A stretch of DNA of 61,515 nucleotides, the filler included, from Sphacelaria rigidula (lineage: Eukaryota), in NCBI GenBank assembly GCA_964200075.2. It is 10 parts of 10 records of this genome, joined end to end, with 100 filler letters (N's around TTAATTAATTAA, not from the genome) between each part and the next. Parts side by side here need not be neighbours in the genome. Positions count along the whole stretch, not along the records: positions 49,294 to 55,354 come from CAXNAA020022496.1; positions 55,455 to 61,515 come from CAXNAA020022497.1; 8 more parts are not named here. One strand, 5' to 3'. Positions within the stretch are counted from its first letter, which is position 1; every line of letters begins with the position of its first letter. The notes below the pieces were generated by a model, which saw only the letters and a list, made by a program, of their open reading frames with translations, had not been told where the DNA came from and did not search any database. The position numbers and the translations under genes were made by a program. Of this stretch, positions 49,900-61,515 are shown in pieces.

Positions 49900-50600
49900 T
49901 GATCAGCCCAGTACAACGCCTTCGGGTTGGAGCGAATTTGCTATAACCTGACAGATATCCGATGATTTGCATCCGACCCTGCGAACTAAAACGCCAAGGT
50001 GATGAGGTCAACGACTGCACATGTCGGGGACGTTTCTTGTGTGCATGAGGCCGCCTCTCGTCCTTGTATTTGGTGGTTGCCAAGGAATGAAGATCGCCGT
50101 GCGTAGATACACAAGGGCTATATCATCACAGAGAATGTGGCCGGGTTGCGGGTGCTTGGACGGCAGTTACCTGTGGGGAGATATCTGTACTGTGTCGTGC
50201 TGGTGTCACGTATTTCGAACACTGTCCTCATGCTGGTTGTCCAGAACCTCACGGTAATGCTTTTCAGCTCATCAGAGCGGTTCGGACCTACGCTCAGTAC
50301 ACGAAGCACCGAGTGGACCCAAACTTGTCGGTACGAGCCAAAATCATGATCCAAAATGATTCCTGACTGCGGCTTGTTTTCCCCCCATGAGATACGGCCC
50401 AAGTGATTGAGGTTCTCTTGTCTATGTAGTCTTCGAGCGGTTCCCGGATAGCTGAGTCGTAACCGTTTCCCGGGGCCTTGCTGCTGCTCTCTGACCTCCT
50501 GTCTGAAGCGCCGTCTGGCCAGGTGGCTCTCGTATTTCATTCTCGCGGCCACACGCAACATGGTGTTTGTCGAATGTGAATGAAAAGAGAAAAATCGAAG
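49900..50600 (-). mobile_element. Degraded non-LTR reverse transcriptase remnant (RTE-like)
   Basis: EQQQGPGKR...TARRLH (cf. EQ.GFRPGR...RRLQE), DFGSYRQV (cf. D..AYDSV) and TGNCRP...ATFSV (cf. G.RQG..P.LF) occur in the correct order. Confidence 0.45.
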
Positions 50601-51135
50601 CAAAAACATTCAGTCGACGTCTGAAACTGCAGTAGTAGGCTTGCCGGCTAATATGCGTGTGATTATTTCCTCTCCCTGTCATGTTTCCGCTGCTGCCACT
50701 TTCTACTGAAGTCTCCTGCAGCGAATGCTCCCGTTCTTTTTTACCTGGAGAAGTAGTTCGTGCAACTATCCACCTGACACAGTACTTCGTAGACGGCAAA
50801 TACTATCACCTACGGGTAAAAATACCCTTGCTTATAAATATTCTGCCTTGGAATCGCGCACGACGGCTTACGCGGTGCCGCACAAAGCTGCGGCATGCCG
50901 AACACGAGCAGCTAGTATACCCATCCATTTCAATATCAAGGACTGCACGCATGCCAGATTGTCGTGCTCGTCGTATAAGACTCGTGAAGGTGACATACAA
51001 ACTTCCGGTGACGTATCGATACTATTGTGATTACATTTTCCACTCGGCCGGTTGCGTCGCGCCTCATGTGTCTGCCTGCTGGCCATCAGCTTCTCCCCGT
51101 AGCAGTTACCGCGTCTTCGTCTGGTTTGGTGACTG

Positions 51136-51169
<34 letters not shown>

Positions 51170-51349
51170 CACACTTCAACAGACCCCCCAGGAGGTCCGG
51201 CCGTGGTCGCATGATACACGTACCCGAGAAAAGCAAAACTGTGTAGCGCACTTTTCACCATTCTAAAGCAAGGTCCTAAACAAAAGGATGACAGCAGTAG
51301 CAGCAGCAGCAGGAGGAGCCCCACCGCGTAGCCCTCCTGTGGACCTCAC

Positions 51350-51497
51350 CTGGAACTCGCCGCAGGGGGGGTCGCACACGGGTTCATCGTCATCGTCCAC
51401 AGTAGCAAGACAGCCCTTGACTCCGTACGTAAGAATCAACTCCTCGCTTTTCGTCAGCAAAGTCCACTCCTTCGTCACGCCGCAAGGAGCAGCAGTT
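51350..51497 (-). CDS. Exon of a TIMP/NTR-like cysteine-rich protein (TAAPCGVTKEWTLLTKSEELILTYGVKGC...VCDPPCGEFQ)
   Basis: ttgtcag| acceptor (phase 2) and CAG|GTGAGG donor; in phase with the exon at 53211-53447. Confidence 0.8.
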
Positions 51498-51785
51498 CTG
51501 ACAAGTGTTTCAAAGATTCAAGAACGGCGGGACCGAGCAGAGATGGCGGCAGGATGTTGCGGATCGAGGGGGGGTTGTAGAGGGTGGGAAGGGAGTACTC
51601 GAAGGGGTAGATAGGCGCGCGATCTAGGCAGGGGGGAAGCGAGGTACACGTAGCGGGGACCTACGAACGCAGGGAGCAAATACACTCTTAATATGCTCCG
51701 TGCATTACACGGCGTCGACGAAGAGACAACGGTATCACCGGAACATTAAAATCCCACTGTGTGTTCAAGTAGCACTTGTTGTATG

Positions 51786-52156
51786 GCCACGCGCCTCAGT
51801 AGTCAAAACCGGTACACGAACGGCATGTCAGGGCGAAGTTTGTGGGTTCGAACCCCGGCATACATACGGCACTTTTTTCTGGAAAATCTGCCTTCCGTCG
51901 TTGAAAGTGAGTGGCAGAATATCCGACGAGGGTCGACGACGTGTGCGACTGCCCGTCCAATCCGTGATATATTGTCAAAATGCCGGCGGGAAGGCACAAA
52001 GCGAGAGATGGGTTGGTCTCTTGTGACTCCGGTCTCGCGTTGAGGAAGATAGATGATACAAGTTTGATCTGAGAAAACACTGATGTCAATGTACAAAAAA
52101 ATAATAAGAAAGACTTTCGATCTCGGGGGTGACTTGACAACAACCAAGACAAATAC
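51786..52156 (+). mobile_element. tRNA-derived SINE (family 2)
   Basis: A-box-like tagtcaaaaccgg and B box GGTTCGAACCC, a core ggtcgacgac as in family 1, and a 3' gacaacaac tail. Confidence 0.6.
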
Positions 52157-52325
52157 TTCGGCGAGGGCGAGATGGATACTTTCGCGCCCTGGGCAGGTGA
52201 TGGCAAGGGGGGGGGGGGGGGGGGGGGGGGGGGGAAAAGAGCGGACAGAGGGNNNNNNNNNNTTTAGAGGGGTGTGATCGTATGGGTGGTGGGGGGGGGG
52301 TGGGGGGGGGAGGGGGGGGGGGGGT

Positions 52326-52356
<31 letters not shown>

Positions 52357-52369
52357 GTGATAAACATCA

Positions 52370-52741
52370 TCACGTAAGCTGAAGATCGAGGCAATAATAA
52401 CGCGCCCCAACTTGCAGACGTTGTACGGACCACATCCATAGGGCATGTCCTAATGACCAGCAGATTATCACCGCAGGGATGTCTGCGCTTTTCACAAATT
52501 TGGCAGGCGCTACATGCCTTAAGAGTGCTTTAAAATGTTGGTCCGTCATATGGAAAATCGCAGAACATTTTTTCCGCGGGAAGGGTTTGACTGTCTTCAT
52601 CGGACGAACCACGTCCGCATGACGAAGGTCGTATTGCATATGTACGTCAAGTCGTCTTCTACGGGCTGAGCAAGAAGGCAGAAACCTCCCGTCATTTAAC
52701 AGTTGATACTTCCTCCCTCGGGAACCAGGCCGCTTGATCAT
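52370..52741 (-). pseudogene. PIF/Harbinger transposase N-terminal remnant (tentative)
   Basis: RPGSRGR...IFHMTDQHFKALLRHVAP resembles the Harbinger FRM....F..LL..V.P helix region. Confidence 0.4.
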
Positions 52742-53210
52742 GCCTCAGTCACACCCCAGTTACGTCCGAGACCCAGCTCGGCGTCAAGAACCACGTCAAC
52801 AAAATATATGGCCCAGTCGGTTGAGAAAAGATGAGCTTTTGTTTTAAAACAACGGGAACCAAGGGAAGGCCGCGGGTGAATCTCTACACAAAAAAAAGTT
52901 ATTGCAAGCGAAACAAGCTTTGTAGATCGGCATCTGCAAGGATGATGAGAACATCACATAGTCTTCAGCTGAATTGAATGCTTCTTGTCAGCGCGCCACG
53001 TCCGTAATCAAAAGTCGTCGGCAACGACAGTTGTACAGTAGTAAGGTAACGTACTCCAGTGATGATTTCTTCACTTAATTTCACGGTGGGCACTCTGCGT
53101 TCACCTTGTGACCACGGGTGAAGTCCAAGCGAACTAGTCAGTGTGAGACGACCAGTGTAATTAATCGATCATCAGGTAAAACCTTGAGTTCATCTGCGCT
53201 GTGCTCTCAC

Positions 53211-53447
53211 CTGAGCACCTCCTCCACGTCGTCGAAGTAGAGGTGAAGGAGATAGTCTACCGGAGGCGGACCGATGTCGAGTTGCACGCCGCACGCAGCG
53301 GTACTTCCGGCGGTGAGGAAGGTGATCACAACTACCCCGCCGATGGACTTCTCCGAGCTCAATAGCGAATCTTCGATTTCGCCATGGTAGAGCTCGACCA
53401 CTTCGGCTGTGTAAGTCACGTCGTCGTTAATGGTGGGTCCTTCCACT
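53211..53447 (-). CDS. Exon of the TIMP/NTR-like protein (VEGPTINDDVTYTAEVVELYHG...ITFLTAGSTAACGVQLDIG...DYLLHL...)
   Basis: gtcgcag| acceptor and CTCAG|GTGAG donor. Y...V...Y.G / T....A.CG..L / YLL are NTR/TIMP-fold hallmarks. Confidence 0.82.
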
Positions 53448-54094
53448 CTGCGACAACGGTAATAACATCATCGTTGTTGCGATCAATAGCAGGTAAATCC
53501 TCTTGTTATCGGATGATTCGACAAGCGGCCTGAACAGAAAAACGCGTGTATCACGCAACAGTAACTCACAATTTTCTGTTCTCTATGCACCCAGGCGATA
53601 ACGTCATCGGTGTGCCTCTTTGACCACCCGACGAGATCAATATGTTGAATCGGAGTCATTCTCGCACGATATATATTTATACATGTGTGTTTGTGGTCAA
53701 GACTCACTCGTGTATTCGTCTGCGGCGTTGAACCGGGTGGACATTTACCGATACTTCACGAGTTCATGTTTTTCAAAAGAAGAGGATACCGAGGTCTAGT
53801 CTTAGTCATCTAGCCATGCCGTCCGTGTTTTTTGGACAAAAAATGGCCCAACCGATACTACTAATACAGGGCGCGTTCAGAGTGCTTCCGGACCGGTAAC
53901 GTCCAAACCGTGATGGTTTTTTTCAATCGCACGAACATTGAATACGGGGCTGCTGACCATTTATATGTATGTACATCATCGAAAGGGAATGGCGATAGTA
54001 TCTCTTTGCTAAGGTTCAGCGAACCCAACGACCCATATCCATTTTTATTTTCAAAGTGGATATCATTTTTGTATCTGAAGGGCTAGCTCACACG

Positions 54095-55354
54095 ACCACT
54101 GGTATACCTCTTCCTTCTTCCTGGCAAGTCCAGGTTCCCCACCTGAAATCGCAGTTTCGGATTTTTCGCAGCGTCCATTGGGCCATGCAAATATGTTTTC
54201 ATTCCGATCCCCTCTCTCAATCACCCGTATATCTCCAGGTGTTCTTCCTCGTCTAGTTTGCGTCTGAGCGCTCCTTTTTCCCTTATTTATATCATATCTC
54301 TGACTTTTGTTTTGTACCCCGCGTCTTCATCTATAACAGTCTGGATCCGTTTTTGAGTTTCAACATGTGGGTGAGTTTCAACTCGAAAACAGTGCTTTCC
54401 CTGACACCCAAAGTCATGACCAATTAATTTCATATGGACGACCTCATACCCCCCGGCCTCCGTAAAAATAGTTTGGGGGGTTGCCCGTCTTCCGTGCCCC
54501 CAAAGCGTATGCGCGAACGCACCTTTTTGCCTCGATATCGGGGCGAAAAAGAGGACGTTTTTAGCCCGAAATTGATCCTTTCGTATCTACGCTTTGGGGC
54601 CACTGAAGACGAGCAACCCTCAAAAACAATTTGGCCGGGGGGCATGAGGTTGTCCATATGAAACTCATTGGTCATGACTATAGGTCAGGGAAAGCGCTGT
54701 TTTCGAATTGAAACTCCCCCAAGTGTTGAACCTCAAAAACGGATCCAGGCTGTTCTATGGACAGTATTCCGTCTTGGTTTCCTCCTATCTCCTTCCACAA
54801 TTTCTCGACTTTTCTCGACTTCTCTATCCCACCTTACTTCAGCCTTCCCTTTCGTATTTTTCTTACATACGGTCCTATCAACTATGACTGGCAATCCCTT
54901 TCTCTCTGCATGTTCTTCAAGCTATATTGCCATCGCAATTTCCTCGTGTCTCTGTTTCGTTCAAGTGAGTACATTCCCAACTCTGCTCTCAAACTGTATT
55001 ACTCGTCGCTTTCCAGTATCTAAGTATCTTCTTTAGCTGCTGCCATCTGTACTGTTTCCAACTTCTACACCAACTTCACGTTTCCCTCCCATACTTCTCC
55101 TGCACAATCCAGCTTTGGTACGATCGCGTTCATCAAGATACATCTCTTGATCCTAGTGTCTAGGTGCGGGTCTCTGAGGATCACGTTCATTCTGCCCATC
55201 TGTGCCTTACCCTATCATATTACTTTGTTTGTGTATCCCAAGAAGAGTTATTTTAGATCGCTACGCCAAGGGATGTATACTGGTCTACGATCGGCAGTTC
55301 CTCTTCTCCCCACTTCAATTTCAACTCTACCGGATTTTTCTTATCTTCGTTACG
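54095..55354 (-). mobile_element. LINE family A fragment interrupted by a MITE
   Basis: The reverse complement matches 57910-58730. Confidence 0.88.
54335..54754. mobile_element. 420-bp MITE with ~125-bp TIRs (AACAG...CTGTT) and 4-bp TSD CTAT
   Basis: CTAT at 54331-34 and 54755-58. The uninterrupted LINE copy has a single site (58492-95). The terminus also occurs at ~48970. Confidence 0.9.
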
Positions 55355-55454
55355 NNNNNNNNNNNNNNNNNNNNNNNNNNNNNNNNNNNNNNNNNNNNTT
55401 AATTAATTAANNNNNNNNNNNNNNNNNNNNNNNNNNNNNNNNNNNNNNNNNNNN
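55355..55454. other. Artificial contig linker
   Basis: N-TTAATTAATTAA-N spacer. Confidence 0.98.
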
Positions 55455-55696
55455 AAATGCATCGATCGGGAGTTTCATAGAGATTCTAGTATTGGCGCTA
55501 TCTCCCTTAGGTATAAGAATTGCTGGACATGGGGTTTAATCAACGAGAAAATATGGGCCCGAACTTCTGAGCAGATGGGCACCTTTCCCTTGATTAGACG
55601 ATTAATACGATATGCGGATCACGGCCAAACTCGTCGGTATCGATGAGATATTGCTTTTAGAGCTTAAATCCGTTTTTAGGCTGGCCCAGCTCGTAT

Positions 55697-56272
55697 GGAC
55701 GGAGAAATATCGAGATATTTTCATCTTTTCCGAAAAGTTGCACAAGGATGTACGTCATCACCCACTTTGTTCAAGGTATTCATAAATGAACTGATAATAG
55801 CAACAGAAGCAGCAAGTAACGAGTCAAGGTGGGTGAAGGTATGGTATCAGGATTAAAATTCGCGGATGATTTTGTGGGGATATCAGGAACACCAGAAGGA
55901 TTGCAGAAACAATTAGAAAAGGCGCCAGAAAACAATAGGAAATGGAGTGACAGCGAACGTTGACAAGTGCGCGGTACCTGTATGTAACGAAGACAAGAAA
56001 TATCTGGTAGGGTTCAAATGGAAGTGGGGAGAAGAGGAAGTGCCGATCTTAGCCAGTGTACATACCTTCGCGTAGACATCTCGAAAAATTGTTTTGGGAT
56101 ACACACATAAACAAGGTAATAGAAAAGAGTAAGGCACACATAGGCAGGATGTACACGATCCTCAGAGACTCGCATCCATTATAGATTCCAGGATTAAGAT
56201 ATGTATCCTGGGAAACGTTCTTGTACCAAAGCTGGGATATGCAGGAGAAGTATGGGAGGGGGGACGTGAAGC
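55697..56272 (+). mobile_element. LINE family A RT-domain fragment
   Basis: VAQGCTSSPTLFKVFIN and FADDFVG motifs; parallel to 57620-58195. Confidence 0.85.
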
Positions 56273-56339
56273 TGGTTATTTGTTTTACCTCGTCCATGTT
56301 CCGCCGATTCGTACGTTCACTGCCACCCTTGACAATTCT

Positions 56340-56556
56340 TAGGGCTGTGAACTGACTGATCTAGCCAGCTAGTCAAGTAAAAACTTGCCGCGCCGGCGGG
56401 GCAGTACATCGATGTTTTCCCAGTTAATCGCCGATTTACTAGGAAAACATCGGCAGCGAGCGGCGAAGCCGCGAGCCGCAACCCCCCCCCCCCCNNNNNN
56501 NNNNCCGTGTACCCCCCAGTTTCATAGAAAAACTCCGCCGCCGCGCCGGGGCCCCG

Positions 56557-56587
<31 letters not shown>

Positions 56588-56875
56588 ACTCCCGGCTGGT
56601 GAGGGGGGCCCGCGGGAGCGCCGCCGGAGGCGAGAAAAGTTGCGTTATTTTGCTTGTTTTTCCTCAAGAAATGTCGTTGTGTAGAAAATGTGACCCCTCA
56701 CTTTGAGGAGCTTGAAGTCATAGATGACATTCAAATCCCGTTGAGCCATTCAAAAATCATTCATTTGTAATATGCAGCAATAGACTCTCTGTGAGGAGAG
56801 AAGTATGTAAGCAAGCCAAAGCTGGCAGCACGCGGGGATAATACGTGTTGAAAAACATAGGCTTCATTTTTTTTT

Positions 56876-56906
<31 letters not shown>

Positions 56907-57013
56907 GGGCTTCGCCGACAAAAAGGGGCCCATCCACCTACAACACCCCCTCCCCCATNNNNNNNNNNGGAGAGTGAGAGGGAAGAGGGAGGAGTGGTGA
57001 ATTTTTGGGTGGT

Positions 57014-57047
<34 letters not shown>

Positions 57048-57390
57048 GGTTCGGGCTATCTCGTGAAAAAATGGTCGCTACCATACTAAAATGCCCTACA
57101 CCAGTGTAAAGAACAAATGAAGACTGACCCACTATTTTGGGCCATTATGCCTTAGCGAGGTTCCACAAAAAATTTCAATGCACGAACACCAAACGTGGGC
57201 TGATAAGTGGCCTGCAACATGTTGTTCCGAATGTTTACCGACCGGATTTTTGAACGGCCCATTCGCAATTTGATACTTGAGTTGAACCCTAAATTTTGGC
57301 ATTGATAATCCATAGGGCAAAGTAGGAAAAGTTATGCGTGCAGTCATAGTTTACTTTTCCATGAGTTATAGGCAATAATCAGTTTTCAGG
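56340..57390. mobile_element. Partial copy of the hAT element at 20139-21325
   Basis: Starts TAGGGCTGTGAACT; colinear similarity through aataatcagttttcagg. Confidence 0.8.
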
Positions 57391-57609
57391 TTCCAGTAAA
57401 ACCAAACCTTAAGCCCTAAAACCCCCAACCGCTAGGACTATCTCCGGTGTCATCTTATGTGATAGGCCTCTCCATATCTTGGCCTCAGGGGCGGACACCA
57501 TCGTTATTATCTTGCACGTTTGATCGAGATTGATGTCCAAGGCTGCTACTGGCGCCTCCTCAATCACGTGTAGTCGAGGGACGCACCATGATCAGTGCTA
57601 TTTTGTGTA

Positions 57610-59116
57610 ATGATCCTAGACGGGGAAATATCGAAATATTTCGATATTTCACAAGGAGTTGCACAAGGGTGTACGCCATTACCCACTCTAATCAAGGTAT
57701 TTATCAATGACCTGCTATTAGAAATAGAGGCAGCAAATTAATGAGTCAAGGTGGGTGAAGATATGGTATCAGGATTGATGTTCGCGGATGATTTTGTGGG
57801 GGTACAGTATCAGGAACACCAGAAGAGTCGCAGAAATAATTAGGGACGGTGCGATAATATACTACGAAATGGACTGACAGCGAACGTTGACAAATGCGCG
57901 GTACTCGTCTGTAACGAAGATAAGAAACATCCGATAGAGTTCCAAATGAAGTAGGGAAAAGAGGAACTGCTGATCGTAGACTAGTATACACAGCTTGGCG
58001 TAGACATATCAACAAACCGATCTTGGGATACACACAAGAACAACGTAAAAGAAGAGGGTAAGGCACAGATAAGCAGGATGGACGTGATCCTCAGAGAATC
58101 GCATGTAGATACTAGGGTCAAGAGATGTATCCTGATGAACGCGATCGTACCAAAGCTGCAATACGCAGGAGAAGTATGGGAGGGGAACGTGAAGTTCGTG
58201 AAGAAATTGGTAAACATGGCAGCACTTAAGAAAATACTTGGCTGCTCGAAAACGACGAGTACTACATTTTTGAGAGCAGAGTAGGGAATGTACCCACTTG
58301 AAACAAAGAGAGACATGGGAGAACTAGAATGGCAATACAGCATGAAGATCATGCCAAGAGACAGATTGGCAGCCATAGTTGATAGGGCTGTATGGAAGAA
58401 AGTAAAGAAAGGGAAGGCTGGAATAAGGCGGGATAGAGTAGTCGAGGGAGTGTGGAGGAAGATACGAGGAAACCAGGACGAGATACTGTCCATAGGTGAA
58501 GGCACGGGATACAAGACAAGAGTTAAAGACATGATAGAAATAAGGGGGAAAGAAGCGCTCAGATGCAAAGTAGACGAGGAAAAACACCTGAAGATACACG
58601 GGGGGTTGAGAGAGGGGATCGGGATGAAAACATATCTGCATGGCCCGATGGACGCTGCGACAAATCTGAAACTGCGATTTCGGGTGGGGGACCTGGAACT
58701 GCCAGAAAGAAGAAAGAGATATACCAGTCGTCGTGTGGAGGGAGTAGATGCACAGAATTGCCCCTGTGGCAGAGCAGTAGAGAGCAGAACTCATACAGTT
58801 GCAGAATGTGAACTATACAAGGAAGAACGGGACGTGCTAGAGGGGGAAATGCGGGACGTGAACGAACGTGGCATGAAATCATTTGATGCCCTAGACAGGA
58901 GCGAGAAAACGATGGCTATACTAGGAGATAGATGGTGGCAACAGACGGATAAAAAGGACGGGGATAATATATGTACACTGCTTTTGTGTAGTGTATGGAA
59001 GAAACGTAATGAGGACCTAAATGTTGGAGGTGTCTATTAGGAATAGGAGCCGTGCTCCGTCTCGAGAGGGATGCGTGGTCAATGGTCAAACGACCAAGTC
59101 AAGCAACAAATGAGTA
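57610..59116 (+). mobile_element. LINE family A, 3' ~1.5 kb: disrupted RT domain, C-terminal CCHC knuckle and 3' UTR
   Basis: QGVAQGC..P.L..VFINDLL and GLMFADDFVG motifs. ORF 58288-59040 contains CPCGRAVESRTHTVAEC. The element ends caaatgagtac followed by a C-rich tract. Confidence 0.92.
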
Positions 59117-59591
59117 CCCCCTCCCCCTCCCCATGCCGCCTCCTCTCCTTGTCGTAATATGCTGTCGTGCGGAGGTAAACGTCGTGTTGGGAAACATCGT
59201 ACAAACAAATGACCGCCGAGCGAATCTATTCCGGTACCCATGCACACGCCCATGCTAACGCATCACTTCGAATCTGGTTTCGTGTAGTATGTAGTACACG
59301 GCCACTCTTGAACGAAGCGAACACTCCCAGCGAGCCTACGCAAGTCAAAACCACTGGCTGTGATCCGTGTGTTCCATCTTCGAGTGCCCTTGCCGTGGTG
59401 GTGGAGACACCAGAGGCTCCACGGTACATTCCGAGGTGTAAACCTCAAGGGTAGGTTCTAAGGCATAAACAGCGATGAAAGCACGCTGATGCAACTCTTG
59501 CACTTCCACAAAATCCATCGAGCGGGCGAAAAAAAAACAACGTACATAAAAACAAACCACACACACACACACACACAAGAATCAAACCTAC

Positions 59592-59848
59592 CAAGGGTCG
59601 GACAAATAATGATTCGTCTGGAAATTACTTGCTTGTAGTGTCATTGATGAAAATCGAAAAAATCAATCCCTAGGCGTTGTTTACAGCGTTGCAGCCCAGG
59701 TACACGCAGCCCAGACACGTGGAATGGCGCAAAAGTAGCGTGGATACCCCCTGGACCCAGCGGTCAACTTCTTTCTCCCTCATGGGCAACCAGGCCGGAC
59801 AAATCGTGGACTTAGTGATTTGTAGTCGTGATGATTCGTCCGACCGTG
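59592..59848. mobile_element. hAT MITE (CAAGGGTCGGAC...GTCCGACCGTG) with perfect 8-bp TSD AAACCTAC
   Basis: TSD at 59584-91 and 59849-56; second partial copy at 18487-18672. Confidence 0.88.
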
Positions 59849-59978
59849 AAACCTACTGCCTTCATGATGTTGACGACTCGACTGCTGTTCTACGCTCATA
59901 AGTGACATGCTGCAGTCGTCGGCAGATGGACAAACCCATGAGCGCTCGGGTGAGCAATCAAAGAGGGGACTAACTCAC

Positions 59979-60125
59979 CGAGCTGATCGCCGATTTAAAT
60001 TTGCGACGCGCGTTGAACAAGCGAAGCTTGTCCATGTTCTTCCCCAGGTCGCGCTTTTCGAGTTCGGCTGCGTCACCCGCCATCCACGGGTGCTGCAGCG
60101 CCTCGCTAGCTGTAATTCGCTTGTC
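59979..60125 (-). CDS. Exon of a Ca2+/calmodulin-dependent protein kinase (end of kinase domain plus CaM-binding helix)
   Basis: cctgtcag| acceptor and TCG|GTGAGT donor; 147 nt. DKRITASEALQHPW...LRLFNARRKFKSAI carries the CaMK RITA.EAL.HPW and FNARRK motifs. Confidence 0.92.
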
Positions 60126-61320
60126 CTGACAGGAGGAACGAGCCCAACGCGAACACAAAAAAGGGCACAAGAGCATGCAGTCCGCACCGCAACAACGGTA
60201 AGGCGACGATGTTGTCAGCTCAAAACGCCTGCCTGGAGTGCAAGACAACACACGAAATCGACACTAGACTATCGCCTCATCGATACGGACGACGCGCTTC
60301 AAAATGCTGTCATAATAACACGCCTTACGTGACGGCATTGACATGCAGCTCGTAACATCACACGCCCGTGGATCGGTCATGACCACGTGATTATTTTGTT
60401 GAACGAAAGACGTGAGTGAGATCGTAAGATACTGCTGACACTCGAGAGGGATAAAACACAACTATATTGCAGCACGGCACGCACTTCATTCATATCGACT
60501 GTCTTCCCTCTGTCCAACATACAAAAAACAAAATCCAAACTATTGTCACACCTACCTACTTTAATGTATACATATGTTACACATTAATTTCAATCACCAT
60601 ACAAAAGTATTATTCTTCCCATCCACTTCACATACGATGCCCGGCGAGGCGCACGACGTCGACAAAGGGGGGAAGAAAAAAAAAAGCCCCCGAAACACCG
60701 GTGGTCGAGCACCAATGGATCGCTTATGTGGCTACGTAATATGCAACAAGCTTTGCTCGACTTTCGATCTACCACTCACACCGCACAATAAACCCACGCA
60801 AAAAAAAGTATTTACGTACAACGTAAAATGAGAGACGAAACGCGGAGTGCGCCGATTTTGGGCGAACGGGCTCTTGCCATTTTCCAACGGACCGTGCCTA
60901 CATCTCTCGACAATGGCCCCAACTCACGCGTTGAATATTTCAGAAGAGTGGGGCTGGCGCGTGAACTGCGTCAAGTCGACAGGGGGTTGAGTGGGTCGGA
61001 CCCCCCCGATACCTTGAGCAAAGCTTGCGAACACGAGGTGCTTACCCCACATGACTGCCCTAAGGTAGTCTAGCCGATCCTCCGGGTAATCGGTATACGG
61101 ACCCGCTTGCCGGGTAAGTGTTGGATCAGTGTTTCCTCATTCCCGCAAGGATTGGAGAACAAAACAAAAAAGTCTCGCGCGTTGACCCGACGAGATCGCA
61201 AAGTCACCTCACACGCAACCACACCTACACCACCAGCAGAATTGCTAGCGCTCAGTAACGTTCGTGTCAAGATTCACGGTAGGGTTTCCGGACCTAAAAC
61301 AGTGTCAACTTCCCCCCCCC

Positions 61321-61468
61321 ATGGTCAAATGACTAAGGCAAGCAACAAATGAGTACCCCCCCCCCCCCTCCAGCATGGTCCGGCGAAAACCCGGCGTGCT
61401 CCGTCCCGGCTTTGTAGGGATGCGAGGTCAATGGTCTCATGAGTATGGCATGCATGATCATGAGTACA
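61321..61468 (+). mobile_element. Tiny LINE-A 3' end between C-runs, followed by a LINE-B 3' end
   Basis: C9|atggtcaaatgactaaggcaagcaacaaatgagta|C13, then ggtccggcgaaaac...gatcatgagtac. Confidence 0.8.
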
Positions 61469-61515
61469 CCAAAACCGCGGCCACCACCCCCCAACACCCC
61501 ACCACCCCCTCCGCC

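Noticed and set aside
6063..55454. Regularly spaced TTAATTAATTAA motif every ~6.16 kb
   Set aside because: It is an artificial linker between length-sorted contigs (6062/6061 bp). No gene-neighbourhood or operon-like system can be inferred across it.

Overview
This is eukaryotic, intron-rich, repeat-dense DNA, most consistent with a brown alga (Phaeophyceae). That taxon call is an inference from gene structure, TTAGGG repeats and protein families. The window is not one locus. It is ten unrelated ~6.06-kb contigs, sorted by length and joined by artificial 100-nt N-TTAATTAATTAA-N linkers, so adjacency across linkers is meaningless. Real genes appear only as isolated spliced exons: an NTF2/SnoaL-like protein, a coiled-coil exon, an AGC/GRK-like kinase C-terminus with a probable GC-AG intron, VPS33, a 2.6-kb low-complexity exon, an acidic protein, a TIMP/NTR-like protein and a CaMK-type kinase. 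Most of the rest is transposon-derived: two related LINE families, RTE-like and Copia remnants, tRNA-derived SINEs, hAT/pogo/Harbinger remnants and many MITEs, several with directly readable target-site duplications (TSDs). The two most interesting signals are (1) a 14/15-aa tandem-repeat ORF with coding-type constraint inside a hAT-like TIR element (38887-39414) and (2) LINE families whose 3' ends run into, and apparently target, poly-C tracts rather than poly-A. No CRISPR arrays, rRNA genes or true tRNA genes are supported. All family calls come from motif recognition, not database searches.
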